DNA of 64,000 nt from Gemmatimonadota bacterium (lineage in GTDB: Bacteria; Gemmatimonadota; Gemmatimonadetes; Gemmatimonadales; GWC2-71-9), in contig JAZDCY010000012.1 of NCBI GenBank assembly GCA_036679645.1, forward strand, positions 97,206 to 161,205, written 5' to 3'. Position numbers and translations under genes: made by a program. Under the pieces are notes generated by a model. That model did not search any database. It was not told where the DNA came from and was given only the letters and a program-made list of their open reading frames with translations. Shown in pieces: positions 10,157-19,965 of the stretch. The first letter of the stretch is position 1, and each line of letters opens with the position of its first letter.

Positions 10157-11044
10157 ATGAGCGATATCAACCGCGTAGGAGTCCTCGGCTGCGGTCTTAT
10201 GGGCAGTGGCATCGCCCAGGTCGCCGCGGCGGCGGGATATCAGACTGTCGTTCGAGATGTGAGCGACGCACTGAACGAGAAGGGCAGAGGCCGCATCATC
10301 AAATCGCTCGACAAGGCGGTGGAAAAAGGCAAGCTCGAGCCCGCGGCGCGCGACTTGACGCTGGATCGGCTCACGTTCACCACCGCCGTCGCCGATCTCG
10401 AGCAGAGCGACGTCATCATCGAGGCCGTGACCGAAGACCTCGATGCGAAGAACACGTTGTGGCAGGAACTCGACTCGCTCTCTGGTGCCGACACGATCTT
10501 TGCGTCCAACACGTCGAGCCTCACGATCGCCGCGATGGCTGCCGTCACGCAGCGGGCGGACCGCTTCGTCGGGCTGCATTTCTTCAATCCGGTTCCCATC
10601 ATGAAGCTGGTAGAGGTCGTGAGGACGGTCACGACCTCGCCCGCGACGTTCGACCGAGCTATGGCCTTCGCGGCGTCGCTGGGCAAAAAACCGATCGCGG
10701 CCAAGGACACCTCGGGCTTTATCGTAAACCTGCTGCTCGTTCCCTATCTCCTCGACGCCATCCGCGCGGTGGAGGGAGGGGTCGGGTCCATACCGGACAT
10801 CGACCAAGGGATGGTGCTCGGAACCGGGTATCCCATGGGCCCGTTCACGCTGCTCGATTTCGTCGGCCTCGACACGACGTTCAAAATTGCGGAGATCATG
10901 TTCGACGAATACCGGGAAAAGCGCTACGCGCCGCCGCCGCTCCTCAAACGGATGGTGCTTGCCGGGATGTACGGCAAGAAGTCGGGAAAGGGGTTCTACG
11001 ACTACTCGTCGACTCCGCCAGCGGTATCGGATCTTGGGCTCTAG
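10157..11044 (+). CDS. hbd: 3-hydroxybutyryl-CoA dehydrogenase
   Basis: GVLGCGLMGSGIAQ, IEAVTE, ASNTSS, GLHFFNP, PMGPF.LLD.VGLD. Confidence 0.9.
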   Translation: MSDINRVGVLGCGLMGSGIAQVAAAAGYQTVVRDVSDALNEKGRGRIIKSLDKAVEKGKLEPAARDLTLDRLTFTTAVADLEQSDVIIEAVTEDLDAKNTLWQELDSLSGADTIFASNTSSLTIAAMAAVTQRADRFVGLHFFNPVPIMKLVEVVRTVTTSPATFDRAMAFAASLGKKPIAAKDTSGFIVNLLLVPYLLDAIRAVEGGVGSIPDIDQGMVLGTGYPMGPFTLLDFVGLDTTFKIAEIMFDEYREKRYAPPPLLKRMVLAGMYGKKSGKGFYDYSSTPPAVSDLGL

Positions 11045-11096
11045 CCGCCGAGTGCCGAGGGACGACATGATCCACTCGGAACCGGAGGTTGACGCC

Positions 11097-11120
11097 GCTG
11101 CGTTCGTGACGCAGCCTTTC
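11097..11120 (+). terminator. Possible intrinsic terminator
   Basis: GCTGCGT-TCGTG-ACGCAGC followed by only a short CTTTC tail. Confidence 0.35.
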
Positions 11121-11185
11121 GGGGGATAGGGGTACAATTGCTTCTGCTCACACCTTCTTACCAGCGCTGAGGGAGGACCTCCATC

Positions 11186-11656
11186 ATGCGACGTGTGACC
11201 GTTTTTGCGTTCGCCGCGGTTCTCGTAGGGTCTGCAGCATGCGGCGGCGGCATCCGACCCGCGTACAGTCCCTTTGTAAACGCTCGTATCGACACCGTAA
11301 ACGCCGAGCCCGCCGACGTCGTCCAGGAGATCGCGTCCCGTGTCGTGGCGGAGGGCATGCGCATCAACTGGAACAGCCCGGAAGAGGGGTTTGTCGAGAC
11401 CCAGTGGTACGATCTGGTCACACGGCAATCGGGTCAGACCTCTCGCTCGAATCCGGACCGCGTGATCCTGCTTCGGTTCTGGGCAGACCCCATCGGGCCG
11501 GGCCGGTCCAAGCTGACCGCCGAGGCCGTTCTCAAGCGAACGACCGATCCGTCCGTTCTGCCGCGAGAACAAGAGATGATGGTCCCGCCCGGACACGGTG
11601 GGATGCGGCTGCTCGATCGCGTGATCGTAGGTCTGCACGAACGCTTCGGTCGGTGA
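11186..11656 (+). CDS. Hypothetical lipoprotein (BamC-like fold possible)
   Basis: SD GGAGG; signal ending GSAAC; GFVETQWYD segment. Confidence 0.65.
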   Translation: MRRVTVFAFAAVLVGSAACGGGIRPAYSPFVNARIDTVNAEPADVVQEIASRVVAEGMRINWNSPEEGFVETQWYDLVTRQSGQTSRSNPDRVILLRFWADPIGPGRSKLTAEAVLKRTTDPSVLPREQEMMVPPGHGGMRLLDRVIVGLHERFGR

Positions 11657-12114
11657 CGCGGCGCGGGCTCGTCATTCTCCTCGCGGCCGGGACGGTCGCG
11701 TGCGTCTCCTCGCGACAGCGGCCATTGAGGCCTGCGGCCGAAGAGGTGGTCGACGCCTCGGTGCGGCTGGCCTGGACGGCCGCGTTGCAGGCGGTCACCG
11801 ATCAGGGACTCCCGCTTCGGCTGAGTGATCCCGAGACGCGGACCATCGAGACGGACCTGGTCGACATCGCCGAGTACCGACCGGAAGCCACGCAGTATCC
11901 CTACGCCGAGCGGCTGGTACGATTTCGCGTCCTCGTCATCGTCGATCCCGAGAGTGATGGCGCGCGCGTCCTGTTCTTCGCGATGTACAGCCCCTTTCAG
12001 ACGGGGCTCTCAAACACCCGGCGGAACGAGCGGGAGATTCCTCGCGATCACCCCGCCATGCGCCTGATTCGGGAGATGGCGTCCAAGGTGCGAAAGACCA
12101 TAGAAGGAGAATGA
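11653..12114 (+). CDS. Hypothetical lipoprotein
   Basis: GTGA overlap; signal MTRRGLVILLAAGTVAC; RTIETDLVD segment resembles the upstream gene. Confidence 0.65.
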   Translation: MTRRGLVILLAAGTVACVSSRQRPLRPAAEEVVDASVRLAWTAALQAVTDQGLPLRLSDPETRTIETDLVDIAEYRPEATQYPYAERLVRFRVLVIVDPESDGARVLFFAMYSPFQTGLSNTRRNEREIPRDHPAMRLIREMASKVRKTIEGE

Positions 12115-13130
12115 CCGCCGGCCCCGGCCCGGATCGCGCATTCTGCGCCGAGATGTTGCCAAAGGTGTCCAGGACCTTCGCGCTCGCCATCCGCCTCCTC
12201 CCGCCCGACCTGCGCCATGCCGTGCGGACCGCATACCTCATGTGCCGGGTGGCTGACACCATTGAAGATGCGCTACAGATCGCGCCCGGCACAAAAGAGG
12301 GGCTGCTCCGAGAATTCAGCGCCTGCCTCGAGCCGGGAGGACCCGACGCGTCGGCGCTGCGGGAGGCCTTTGCCCACCCTCGTACCGACGAGGAGGAACT
12401 TGCCTTCGAGGCTGATCGTGTCCTGAGCGAGTTCCGTGCACTCTCGAACCCGGAACAAGCGGCGATACGCCCGTGGGTCCAGGAGATGGCAGCGGGCATG
12501 GGAGAATTCGCAACCCGGCACGCGGATGACGGGACGCTGCATACGCTCGAGAGCGTCGCGGAACTGGATCGCTACTGCTACTACGTCGCGGGGACCGTGG
12601 GCCACCTGCTCACCGAGCTGTTCAGGCACCACGAGACCGGTATCACCAAAGACCGGCATCGGCAACTGGACAGCCTAGCCACGAGTTTTGGCCTGGGGCT
12701 GCAACTCACGAACATCATCAAGGACGTGGCCGACGATCGGCACCGGGGATGGAGCTTTGTGCCCGGCGACCTCTGCGCGGTCGCCGGTGTGCGGCCGGAG
12801 GACCTGCAGCTGCCCGCCCACACCGATCAAGCCCGCGACGTGATGCGTGCGCTCATCGACAAGGCAAGGCGACATCTCGACGATGCGCTCGAGTACTGTG
12901 TGACGCTGCCGGGAGGAGCGTACCGCGTGCGCATCTTCTGCCTCACATCGCTCTACTTTGCCGTGCGGACCCTGCGTCGCGCCGAGCGCGACCCACGACT
13001 GCTAGACCCCGACCACAAGGTCAAGATCTCGCGTTCGGATGTCTACCGCACGGTGGTCACGACCTATCTGGTCGCGCCGTTCGACGCCCTGGTGCGCCGG
13101 TACTACCGTATACTCGCCGCGACGGGGTAG
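12111..13130 (+). CDS. Squalene/phytoene synthase family, squalene-synthase-like
   Basis: LPKVSRTFAL, DTIED, YCYYVAGTVG, GLGLQLTNIIKD. Confidence 0.88.
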   Translation: MTAGPGPDRAFCAEMLPKVSRTFALAIRLLPPDLRHAVRTAYLMCRVADTIEDALQIAPGTKEGLLREFSACLEPGGPDASALREAFAHPRTDEEELAFEADRVLSEFRALSNPEQAAIRPWVQEMAAGMGEFATRHADDGTLHTLESVAELDRYCYYVAGTVGHLLTELFRHHETGITKDRHRQLDSLATSFGLGLQLTNIIKDVADDRHRGWSFVPGDLCAVAGVRPEDLQLPAHTDQARDVMRALIDKARRHLDDALEYCVTLPGGAYRVRIFCLTSLYFAVRTLRRAERDPRLLDPDHKVKISRSDVYRTVVTTYLVAPFDALVRRYYRILAATG

Positions 13131-13173
13131 CCGCCCGCGCATCCGCAATCGACCAAGCAGTACATTAGTCCGC

Positions 13174-14841
13174 ATGCCAGCCCTCGGTCCGCCACCCCGC
13201 TTCGACGGTCGCTTCTTCACCGACCAGGCGGTACGCAGCGCGTACAGTGAGGGAGCCGGGCCCTACCGGATAGTGCCGGCAGCCGTTGCCATGCCGGAAC
13301 ACCGGGCAGACCTTCGGCGACTGTTGCTGCACGCGGCGGACACCGACACACCGATACACCCCCGGGGTGCCGGTAGTGGGATTCCGGGCGGTAATCTCGG
13401 CACCGGCATCGTCGTCGATCTTGCGCGGTTTGACCGCCCCGCGCGGGTGGCGCTCACGGAGACAGCTAACATGGGCTCTGCGGTGACCTGGGCGACCGTT
13501 ACTCAGGTGGCGTCACACTTCGGATTGCGGCTCCCGCCGGATCCCTCATCGGGCGCATTCTGTACGATTGGTGGAATGGTCGCGACAAACGCCGCGGGTG
13601 CCCGAAGCCTCAGCGTCGGCAGCATCCGCCGCTGGGTCCGCGGCGTCGAATTCGTCACGACAGATGGCGAGGCGGGTTGGCTGACACGCGGGCACGCGGC
13701 CCGCACGCAAAAATACCGCACGCCGACCGACAGACGCACCCTCGTCGAACGCCTAGCCGCGGAGGAACGGTTCGCTCCGGTGGAAGCCGCCGTGCAAGCG
13801 GCGGCGCCGCTCATAGCAGATCGGTTCCCCCGAACCAACAAGAACGCCTCGGGCTACGCACTCGATGAGTTCCTCGCTTCGGGTGATCTCGTCGATCTCA
13901 TTGTGGGGTCCGAGGGCACGCTCGGCATCGTGACCCGTGTAGAGCTCCAGTTGCAACGCTCGCCGGAGTTCGCTGGGACGCTGCTCCTCGGACTGGCATC
14001 CATCGACACGCTCGGCGATGTCGTCACGACGTTACGAGCGAGCGACCCCGCAATGATCGAGCTACTCGACCGGTCATTCCTCGAGTTCGTTCCTCCCAAC
14101 GCACTCCTCGGAACGTGTGACCTCGATGCGGTGCTCCTCGTCGAGTTCGAAAAACGAGATGAGGTGACTCTCACCACCACCCTATCCGCCGCACGCGAGA
14201 GCGTGCGCGACGCATGCCCCCTCAGTCGCAGCGCGACATCGCACGATGAGCGCGAAGCGCTCTGGGCGCTGCGGCACGCAGCGAGCTCTACGCTCGCCGC
14301 ACTTCCTCCAAACCGACGTTCGTTGCAGGTCATCGAGGATGGCTGCGTGCCGCCCGAGGCACTCGATTCGTACCTACGGGGCGTACGTCAACTCGCTGCC
14401 GAGAGCGGAGTTCAGGTCGTAGCATTCGGGCATGCCGGCGACGGACATCTCCACGTCAACGCCCTCGTGGACACCACCGAATCGAACTTTGCCGCGCGAC
14501 TCGAGCAACTGCTCGACGGGGTCACAGCTCTCGTGATCGACTTGGGGGGAACACCGAGCGGAGAGCACGGAGACGGGCTGCTTCGTGCCCATGTGCTTGA
14601 CCGGCTCTACGGGCGCGAAATCACCGACCTGTTTGCCCGTGTCAAACAGTCGTTCGATCCAGCTGGCGTGTTGAATCCGGGTGTCATCGTACCGACGACC
14701 GGAGCCAGTCCACTCGACCGGCTGAAAGTTGGAGACGGTGCCGATGCCATCCCGCACGACGTCGCCGAGAGGCTCCGCCACATGGAACGGACGGGCGGCT
14801 GGGGTACGTCGCCGCTCAGTCTGGTAGACGCGCCGTCATGA
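13174..14841 (+). CDS. FAD-linked oxidase (GlcD/D-lactate dehydrogenase-like)
   Basis: [54 protein letters not shown]. Confidence 0.88.
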   Translation: MPALGPPPRFDGRFFTDQAVRSAYSEGAGPYRIVPAAVAMPEHRADLRRLLLHAADTDTPIHPRGAGSGIPGGNLGTGIVVDLARFDRPARVALTETANMGSAVTWATVTQVASHFGLRLPPDPSSGAFCTIGGMVATNAAGARSLSVGSIRRWVRGVEFVTTDGEAGWLTRGHAARTQKYRTPTDRRTLVERLAAEERFAPVEAAVQAAAPLIADRFPRTNKNASGYALDEFLASGDLVDLIVGSEGTLGIVTRVELQLQRSPEFAGTLLLGLASIDTLGDVVTTLRASDPAMIELLDRSFLEFVPPNALLGTCDLDAVLLVEFEKRDEVTLTTTLSAARESVRDACPLSRSATSHDEREALWALRHAASSTLAALPPNRRSLQVIEDGCVPPEALDSYLRGVRQLAAESGVQVVAFGHAGDGHLHVNALVDTTESNFAARLEQLLDGVTALVIDLGGTPSGEHGDGLLRAHVLDRLYGREITDLFARVKQSFDPAGVLNPGVIVPTTGASPLDRLKVGDGADAIPHDVAERLRHMERTGGWGTSPLSLVDAPS

Positions 14842-15632
14842 AACCCTATCTCGATGTGCTACAGCACGTGCTCGAGCACGGTGTAGCAAAAGCAGATCGA
14901 ACGGGCACCGGTACGCTGAGCGTCTTCGGCTATCAGACGCGCTATGACCTCAGCGCGGGATTCCCGCTCGTCACTACGAAGAAGGTCCATCTCAAATCCA
15001 TCATTCACGAGTTGCTGTGGTTTCTGCGCGGTGAGACGAACGTGTCGTCGCTGCGAGAACACGGCGTGCGGATCTGGGACGAATGGGCCGACGACGCTGG
15101 CGAACTCGGCCCGATCTACGGGTACCAGTGGCGTTCGTGGCCATCACCCGACGGCCGCCACATCGACCAGATCGCTGACGTCGTCGATCGAATCCGGACC
15201 GAGCCAGACTCACGTCGTCTCATCGTGTCTGCCTGGAACGTCACGGATATCCCCGCGATGGCGCTTGCCCCGTGCCATACGTTGTTCCAGTTCTACGTTG
15301 CCCAGGGCCGGCTGTCATGTCAGCTCTATCAACGCAGTGCCGACCTGTTTCTGGGTGTCCCGTTCAATATCGCGTCTTACTCGCTCCTGACCATGATGAT
15401 GGCGCACGTCACACATCTCAGGCTCGGCGAGTTCGTCCACACGTTGGGAGACGCGCACATCTACACGAACCACGTTGACCAGGTCCGTCTGCAACTCTCC
15501 CGCGCCCCACGCGATCTGCCCACCATGACGCTGAACCCGGATATCGATTCGGTTCTCGGCTTCGCCTACGGCGACTTCACGATTACGGGGTACGACCCTC
15601 ATCCCCGCATCCCCGCGCCGATCGCCGTGTGA
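14838..15632 (+). CDS. thyA: Thymidylate synthase
   Basis: DRTGTGT, ELLWFL.G, ALAPCH, YQRSAD.FLGVPFN; 264 aa. Confidence 0.97.
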   Translation: MKPYLDVLQHVLEHGVAKADRTGTGTLSVFGYQTRYDLSAGFPLVTTKKVHLKSIIHELLWFLRGETNVSSLREHGVRIWDEWADDAGELGPIYGYQWRSWPSPDGRHIDQIADVVDRIRTEPDSRRLIVSAWNVTDIPAMALAPCHTLFQFYVAQGRLSCQLYQRSADLFLGVPFNIASYSLLTMMMAHVTHLRLGEFVHTLGDAHIYTNHVDQVRLQLSRAPRDLPTMTLNPDIDSVLGFAYGDFTITGYDPHPRIPAPIAV

Positions 15633-16135
15633 CCGTATCCTTGATCGTGGCCGTCGCGGAGAACGGCGTCATAGGTAGGGACGGGCAGCTTCCCTGGGTG
15701 CTGCCGGACGACCTGAGGCACTTCAGACGCGTGACCATGGGACACACGCTCATCATGGGACGCAAGACGTTCGAGTCGATCGGGAGGGCCCTCCCGGGCC
15801 GTCGCTCCATCGTGTTGTCGCGCGATCCGTCGTTTACGGCCGTGGACGTTACTCCCGCAGGCGATCTTCCGACTGCAATCGCCGCCGCCGCAGACGACGA
15901 CGCCTTTGTAATCGGCGGCGCGTCCCTATATCGGGAGGCGCTCTTCGTTGCCGACCAGCTGTACGTCACGCGCGTCCACGCTACCGTAGATGGTGATGTC
16001 CGCTTTCCGCCGGTCGACTGTGCGGTGTGGCACCTCATCGAACACACGGAACACCCCCAGGACGATCAACACGCCCACGCGTTCACGATTGAGCTATACG
16101 TACGCCACAACACCGCGCCTCCCTCGCCGACCTAG
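15629..16135 (+). CDS. folA: Dihydrofolate reductase
   Basis: [27 protein letters not shown]; coupled to thyA. Confidence 0.95.
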   Translation: MTVSLIVAVAENGVIGRDGQLPWVLPDDLRHFRRVTMGHTLIMGRKTFESIGRALPGRRSIVLSRDPSFTAVDVTPAGDLPTAIAAAADDDAFVIGGASLYREALFVADQLYVTRVHATVDGDVRFPPVDCAVWHLIEHTEHPQDDQHAHAFTIELYVRHNTAPPSPT

Positions 16136-16196
16136 GAAAACGTAAGCATTCGGCATTTCGTATCGTGTGCGCAACTCGACTCCGCTCGGGAGTGCA

Positions 16197-17282
16197 ATGC
16201 GGCTCGGGCTTGCATTCAACCAAAAACCAACCACCGGTGATCACGACCGGGCCGTTGTTCTTCCAGTAGACCTCACATCCACGCATCCGTCCGACGCCTT
16301 CGTCGAGTGGGATGACCCCATGACGATCGACGCCGTCGTACATGCACTCAGCGCATTCGGCCAGGTCGTTCGGCTGGAAGCGATCGGAGGTTTCCCGGAA
16401 CGGCTGGCGCGGGCCAATGTCGATCTGCTCTTCAACATGGCCGAGGGCGGTCGTGGGCCGAGCCGCGAGTCCCACGTTCCGGCGATCGCGGAGTTCCTAG
16501 GCATACGTTACACGGCATCGGACCCACTCACGTTGGCGTTGGCGCTTCACAAGGGACGTGCCAAGGAAATCTTCCAGTCACGTGGGATCCCAACGGCGCC
16601 CTTTGTGATGGTCACTTCGCCAACAGACGCCGAGCGCCTTCGTGCAGCGTTACACTTTCCGCTCTTCCTCAAGCCCGTGTGGGAGGGTTCCTCGATGGGC
16701 ATCACGGGTGCGAACCGCGTCGATACCCCAGATGAGGCCATCGAACGCGCGCGAGAGATCCTCGCGACCTACCGGCAACCGGTGTTGGCGGAAACCTATC
16801 TGCCGGGCGACGAGTTCACGGTCGCCGTTCTGGGCAATGGGGCGGACGCTCACGCCTTGCCCCTCATCCGCTACCGCTTCGACGCCCTCTCAGCCGACGC
16901 GTTGCCGATCATGGGACACGAGGCAAAATGGGTGTGGGACGATCCAACGGTACCATTGGACTTGCTCGAGTGCCCCGCCCTCGTGTCGAACGACTTACGG
17001 GATCGCATTTTCGGTGTTGCTGTTGCCGCGTACGGCGCGCTCGGGTGTCGCGACTGGGGCCGCGTGGACGTGCGGCTCGACGGAGACGGGACGCCGCACG
17101 TGATCGAGGTCAATCCACTTCCGGGCATCATCCCAGATGCCGCGGAGAACAGTTGCTTCCCGCGTGCCGCGGCGACCGCTGGAATCACGTATGACGAACT
17201 GATCCAGCGCGTCGTGCGCATCGCATGGCGACGCACGGCGGGCGCAGACCTTCCCGCGCACCTGCTGGCGGAAGCGTCGTGA
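16197..17282 (+). CDS. D-Ala-D-Ala ligase-like ATP-grasp protein 1
   Basis: FNMAEG, KPVWEGSSMGI, EFTVAVLG, GRVDVR, EVNPLPG. Confidence 0.85.
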   Translation: MRLGLAFNQKPTTGDHDRAVVLPVDLTSTHPSDAFVEWDDPMTIDAVVHALSAFGQVVRLEAIGGFPERLARANVDLLFNMAEGGRGPSRESHVPAIAEFLGIRYTASDPLTLALALHKGRAKEIFQSRGIPTAPFVMVTSPTDAERLRAALHFPLFLKPVWEGSSMGITGANRVDTPDEAIERAREILATYRQPVLAETYLPGDEFTVAVLGNGADAHALPLIRYRFDALSADALPIMGHEAKWVWDDPTVPLDLLECPALVSNDLRDRIFGVAVAAYGALGCRDWGRVDVRLDGDGTPHVIEVNPLPGIIPDAAENSCFPRAAATAGITYDELIQRVVRIAWRRTAGADLPAHLLAEAS

Positions 17283-18280
17283 AAGCCGCCATCCCATACG
17301 ACGGCCATGCGGACGGCTGGTCGCCCCAAGATGTGCAACAGGTGCTGGACGTCGTCCGCGACGTCGAGAAGAGTCTCTCCGGCATCGGATACGAGACGGT
17401 GCGCGTACCGGTCCGCCCCGGCGTTTGCTGGCTCGAGGACTGTGCGGCGGCGGACATCATCTTCAACCTGTGTGAGGGCCTGGGCGGGGTAAGCCGATTC
17501 GAGAGCCAGATTGCCGGCGCGCTGGAACTCACCGGGGTCCCGGTCACCGGCGCGTCCGCGCGCACGATTGCCCTATGCCATGACAAGCCGCTGGTGAACG
17601 CACTGCTCGCGTCCCATCACCTTCCCGTGCCTCGCTGGACAACGCCAAAGCACGGTTCACTCGACACGTTTCCCCTTCCCGCTCTCGTCAAACCCGCTGC
17701 GGAAGATGCTAGTGTGGGTATCGACCAGCAGTCGGTAGTCACGACGCGCACCGCGCTCGACGCGCGCGTGTTGGCGGTGGCACGCGAGTATGGAGAGGTG
17801 ATTATCCAGCAGTACGTCCACGGTCGGGAGATCGCAGTTGGGTTCCTCGGTGCGGATATCCTGCCGGTTTCGGAGATCGACTTCAGCCAGATGCCCGAAG
17901 GCGCGTGGCCCATCCTTTCATTCGATGCCAAGTGGTTGGCCGACAGTGCGGAGGACCGGGGCAGCCAGCCAGTCTGTCCGGCGGCCCTGTCACCAACTAT
18001 CGCGGATGAACTGACCACCGCCGCACGGCGCGTCTGGAACGCGGTCGGCGGGTCGGGATACGGGCGCGTAGACCTTCGCGTCGATGATGCTGGTAAGCCG
18101 TGGGTGATCGAGGTCAATCCCAATTCGGATATTTCGACCGACGCAGGTCTTGCCCGCATGGCTCGCGCGGCGGGCTACGGCTACGCGGATCTCGTGGGTC
18201 GGATCGTAGAAATCACACGAGATGCCCACGCGGCGGGATGGAGCGGGGCGTTGAGCACGCCGGTCGAGGTATCGCCGTGA
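17279..18280 (+). CDS. D-Ala-D-Ala ligase-like ATP-grasp protein 2
   Basis: FNLCEG, KPAAEDASVGI, GREI, YGRVDLR, EVNPN; GTGA overlap. Confidence 0.85.
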   Translation: MKAAIPYDGHADGWSPQDVQQVLDVVRDVEKSLSGIGYETVRVPVRPGVCWLEDCAAADIIFNLCEGLGGVSRFESQIAGALELTGVPVTGASARTIALCHDKPLVNALLASHHLPVPRWTTPKHGSLDTFPLPALVKPAAEDASVGIDQQSVVTTRTALDARVLAVAREYGEVIIQQYVHGREIAVGFLGADILPVSEIDFSQMPEGAWPILSFDAKWLADSAEDRGSQPVCPAALSPTIADELTTAARRVWNAVGGSGYGRVDLRVDDAGKPWVIEVNPNSDISTDAGLARMARAAGYGYADLVGRIVEITRDAHAAGWSGALSTPVEVSP

Positions 18281-18786
18281 CCGCGACCATCACGCTGCGC
18301 CCGCTCGAGACAGACGATCTGCTCCAAATACCCGCGATGGTGGAGGCAACGGGCGTCTTTCGGCCGGACGAGGTGCTGGTGGCGTTGGAGGTCGCCAGTG
18401 GAGCTGTCGAGGCGCCCCGAGACGATTACTGGTCGATCGCTGCACTCGAGGACGATTCACTTCTCGGGTACGTGACGTTCGGTCATGTGCCCTGCACGCT
18501 CGCAACCTGGGACCTGTACTGGATCGTCGTTGACCCTGCGGCGCACCATCGCGGGATCGGTCGGATGCTGCTGGCACAGTGCGAGCAGACCGTCCGCGCC
18601 GAGGGCGGCCGCCTGCTCGTGGTCGAGACTTCATCGCGCCCCGAGTACGGCACCGCCCGGTCGTTCTACGAGCACTTGGGCTACGAGCGGCGTGCCACGA
18701 TCCCCGAGTACTATGGACCGGGAGATGATCTCGTCGTCTATGCCAACTATCTCCGGCCCTCCAACCAGGGGGCATTCAATGGCTGA
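18277..18786 (+). CDS. GNAT N-acetyltransferase
   Basis: DLYWIVVDP..HHRGIGR, ETSS, ARSFYE.LGY; GTGA overlap. Confidence 0.88.
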   Translation: MTATITLRPLETDDLLQIPAMVEATGVFRPDEVLVALEVASGAVEAPRDDYWSIAALEDDSLLGYVTFGHVPCTLATWDLYWIVVDPAAHHRGIGRMLLAQCEQTVRAEGGRLLVVETSSRPEYGTARSFYEHLGYERRATIPEYYGPGDDLVVYANYLRPSNQGAFNG

Positions 18787-19936
18787 TTGGCGACGGCTCC
18801 TGCGCGAACGCAGCCTCGCATCGCTCGAACAGCTCCTGGACCGGTTTGGGGAAGAGCATTTCGCCGATCTCCACCGTCTCCGGGAGGCGGTGGAGAACTT
18901 CGAATTCAGGATATCCCCCGCGATGGTCGACCTCATCGAGGAACCGGGCGATCCGATCTGGCGCCAATACGTTCCCGATCTCGCGGAACTCGACATCATC
19001 GATGGCGTGCCGGACCCGCTCAACGAAGAGGCCGACAGTCCGGTACCCAACATTACGCACCGTTACCCGGACCGCGCGCTCTTCCTCGTGAGCCCGGTCT
19101 GCGCATCCTACTGCCGCTTCTGCACGCGCCGGCGAAAGGTTGGCGACCCCGAAAAAATCCCGATGTCGCAGTTTGAAAGCGCGTTCGCTTATCTAGCCGA
19201 GCACACCCAGATCCGTGACGTGATCCTCTCGGGCGGCGACCCGCTCATGTTGTCCGACCGGCGACTGGACATGATTCTTGCGCGGTTGCGCACCATCCCT
19301 CACATCCAGATTGTCCGGATCGGCACACGTATTCCTTGTCATCTGCCCGAGCGGATCACGCCGGAGCTCTGCGCAGTCCTTGCCAGACATCACCCCATAT
19401 ACATCAACACACACTTCAACCACCCGGACGAACTCACACCGGCAGCCGTCGCGGGGCTTGCCCGCCTCGCGAACGCGGGTGTGCCACTTGGGTGTCAGAC
19501 AGTACTCCTTCGCGGGGTCAACGACGATGTAGCCGTGATGCGCGAGCTCATGCAGCGCCTGCTCGTAGCGCGCGTCCGGCCCTACTACATATTCATGTGC
19601 GACAACATTGCCGGCGTCGAGCACTTCAAGACAAACGTCGAGAAGGGCCTCGAAATCGTCGAGGGGCTGCGTGGGTGGACCAGCGGTCTTGCGGTGCCGC
19701 ACTTCGTGATCGACGCCCCCGGCGGCGGTGGCAAGATCCCCCTCCTGCCTGAGTACATCGAAGAAATCACCGATGAGCAGGTGGTCATGCGCAACTACCG
19801 CGGGGAACGATTTGTCTGGAAACAGCCTCGTGAGGGAGCGTTCGTGGGAGCGGCTACCGGTACAGACGATTTCTCGCCCATTCCCATTCAGCGGCGAGCC
19901 ACCAAGAGACCTGCGCTCGAGAGACGGGGCGGCTAG
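18779..19936 (+). CDS. kamA: KamA-family radical SAM aminomutase (lysine 2,3-aminomutase-like)
   Basis: THRYPDR, CASYCRFCTR (CxxxCxxC), SGGDPL, HFNHPDE, DAPGGGGK. Confidence 0.9.
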   Translation: MADWRRLLRERSLASLEQLLDRFGEEHFADLHRLREAVENFEFRISPAMVDLIEEPGDPIWRQYVPDLAELDIIDGVPDPLNEEADSPVPNITHRYPDRALFLVSPVCASYCRFCTRRRKVGDPEKIPMSQFESAFAYLAEHTQIRDVILSGGDPLMLSDRRLDMILARLRTIPHIQIVRIGTRIPCHLPERITPELCAVLARHHPIYINTHFNHPDELTPAAVAGLARLANAGVPLGCQTVLLRGVNDDVAVMRELMQRLLVARVRPYYIFMCDNIAGVEHFKTNVEKGLEIVEGLRGWTSGLAVPHFVIDAPGGGGKIPLLPEYIEEITDEQVVMRNYRGERFVWKQPREGAFVGAATGTDDFSPIPIQRRATKRPALERRGG

Positions 19937-19965
19937 GCTGCCCCGTCCTGGCGTGCCGCATTGGG

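Noticed and set aside
10133..11638. Long antisense ORFs (501 aa here; also 28771-30231, 29645-30811, 38200-39225)
   Set aside because: Shadow frames of well-supported genes in GC-rich DNA; no motifs
16197..18280. Calling the ligases housekeeping ddlA/ddlB
   Set aside because: No dcw context and divergent motifs
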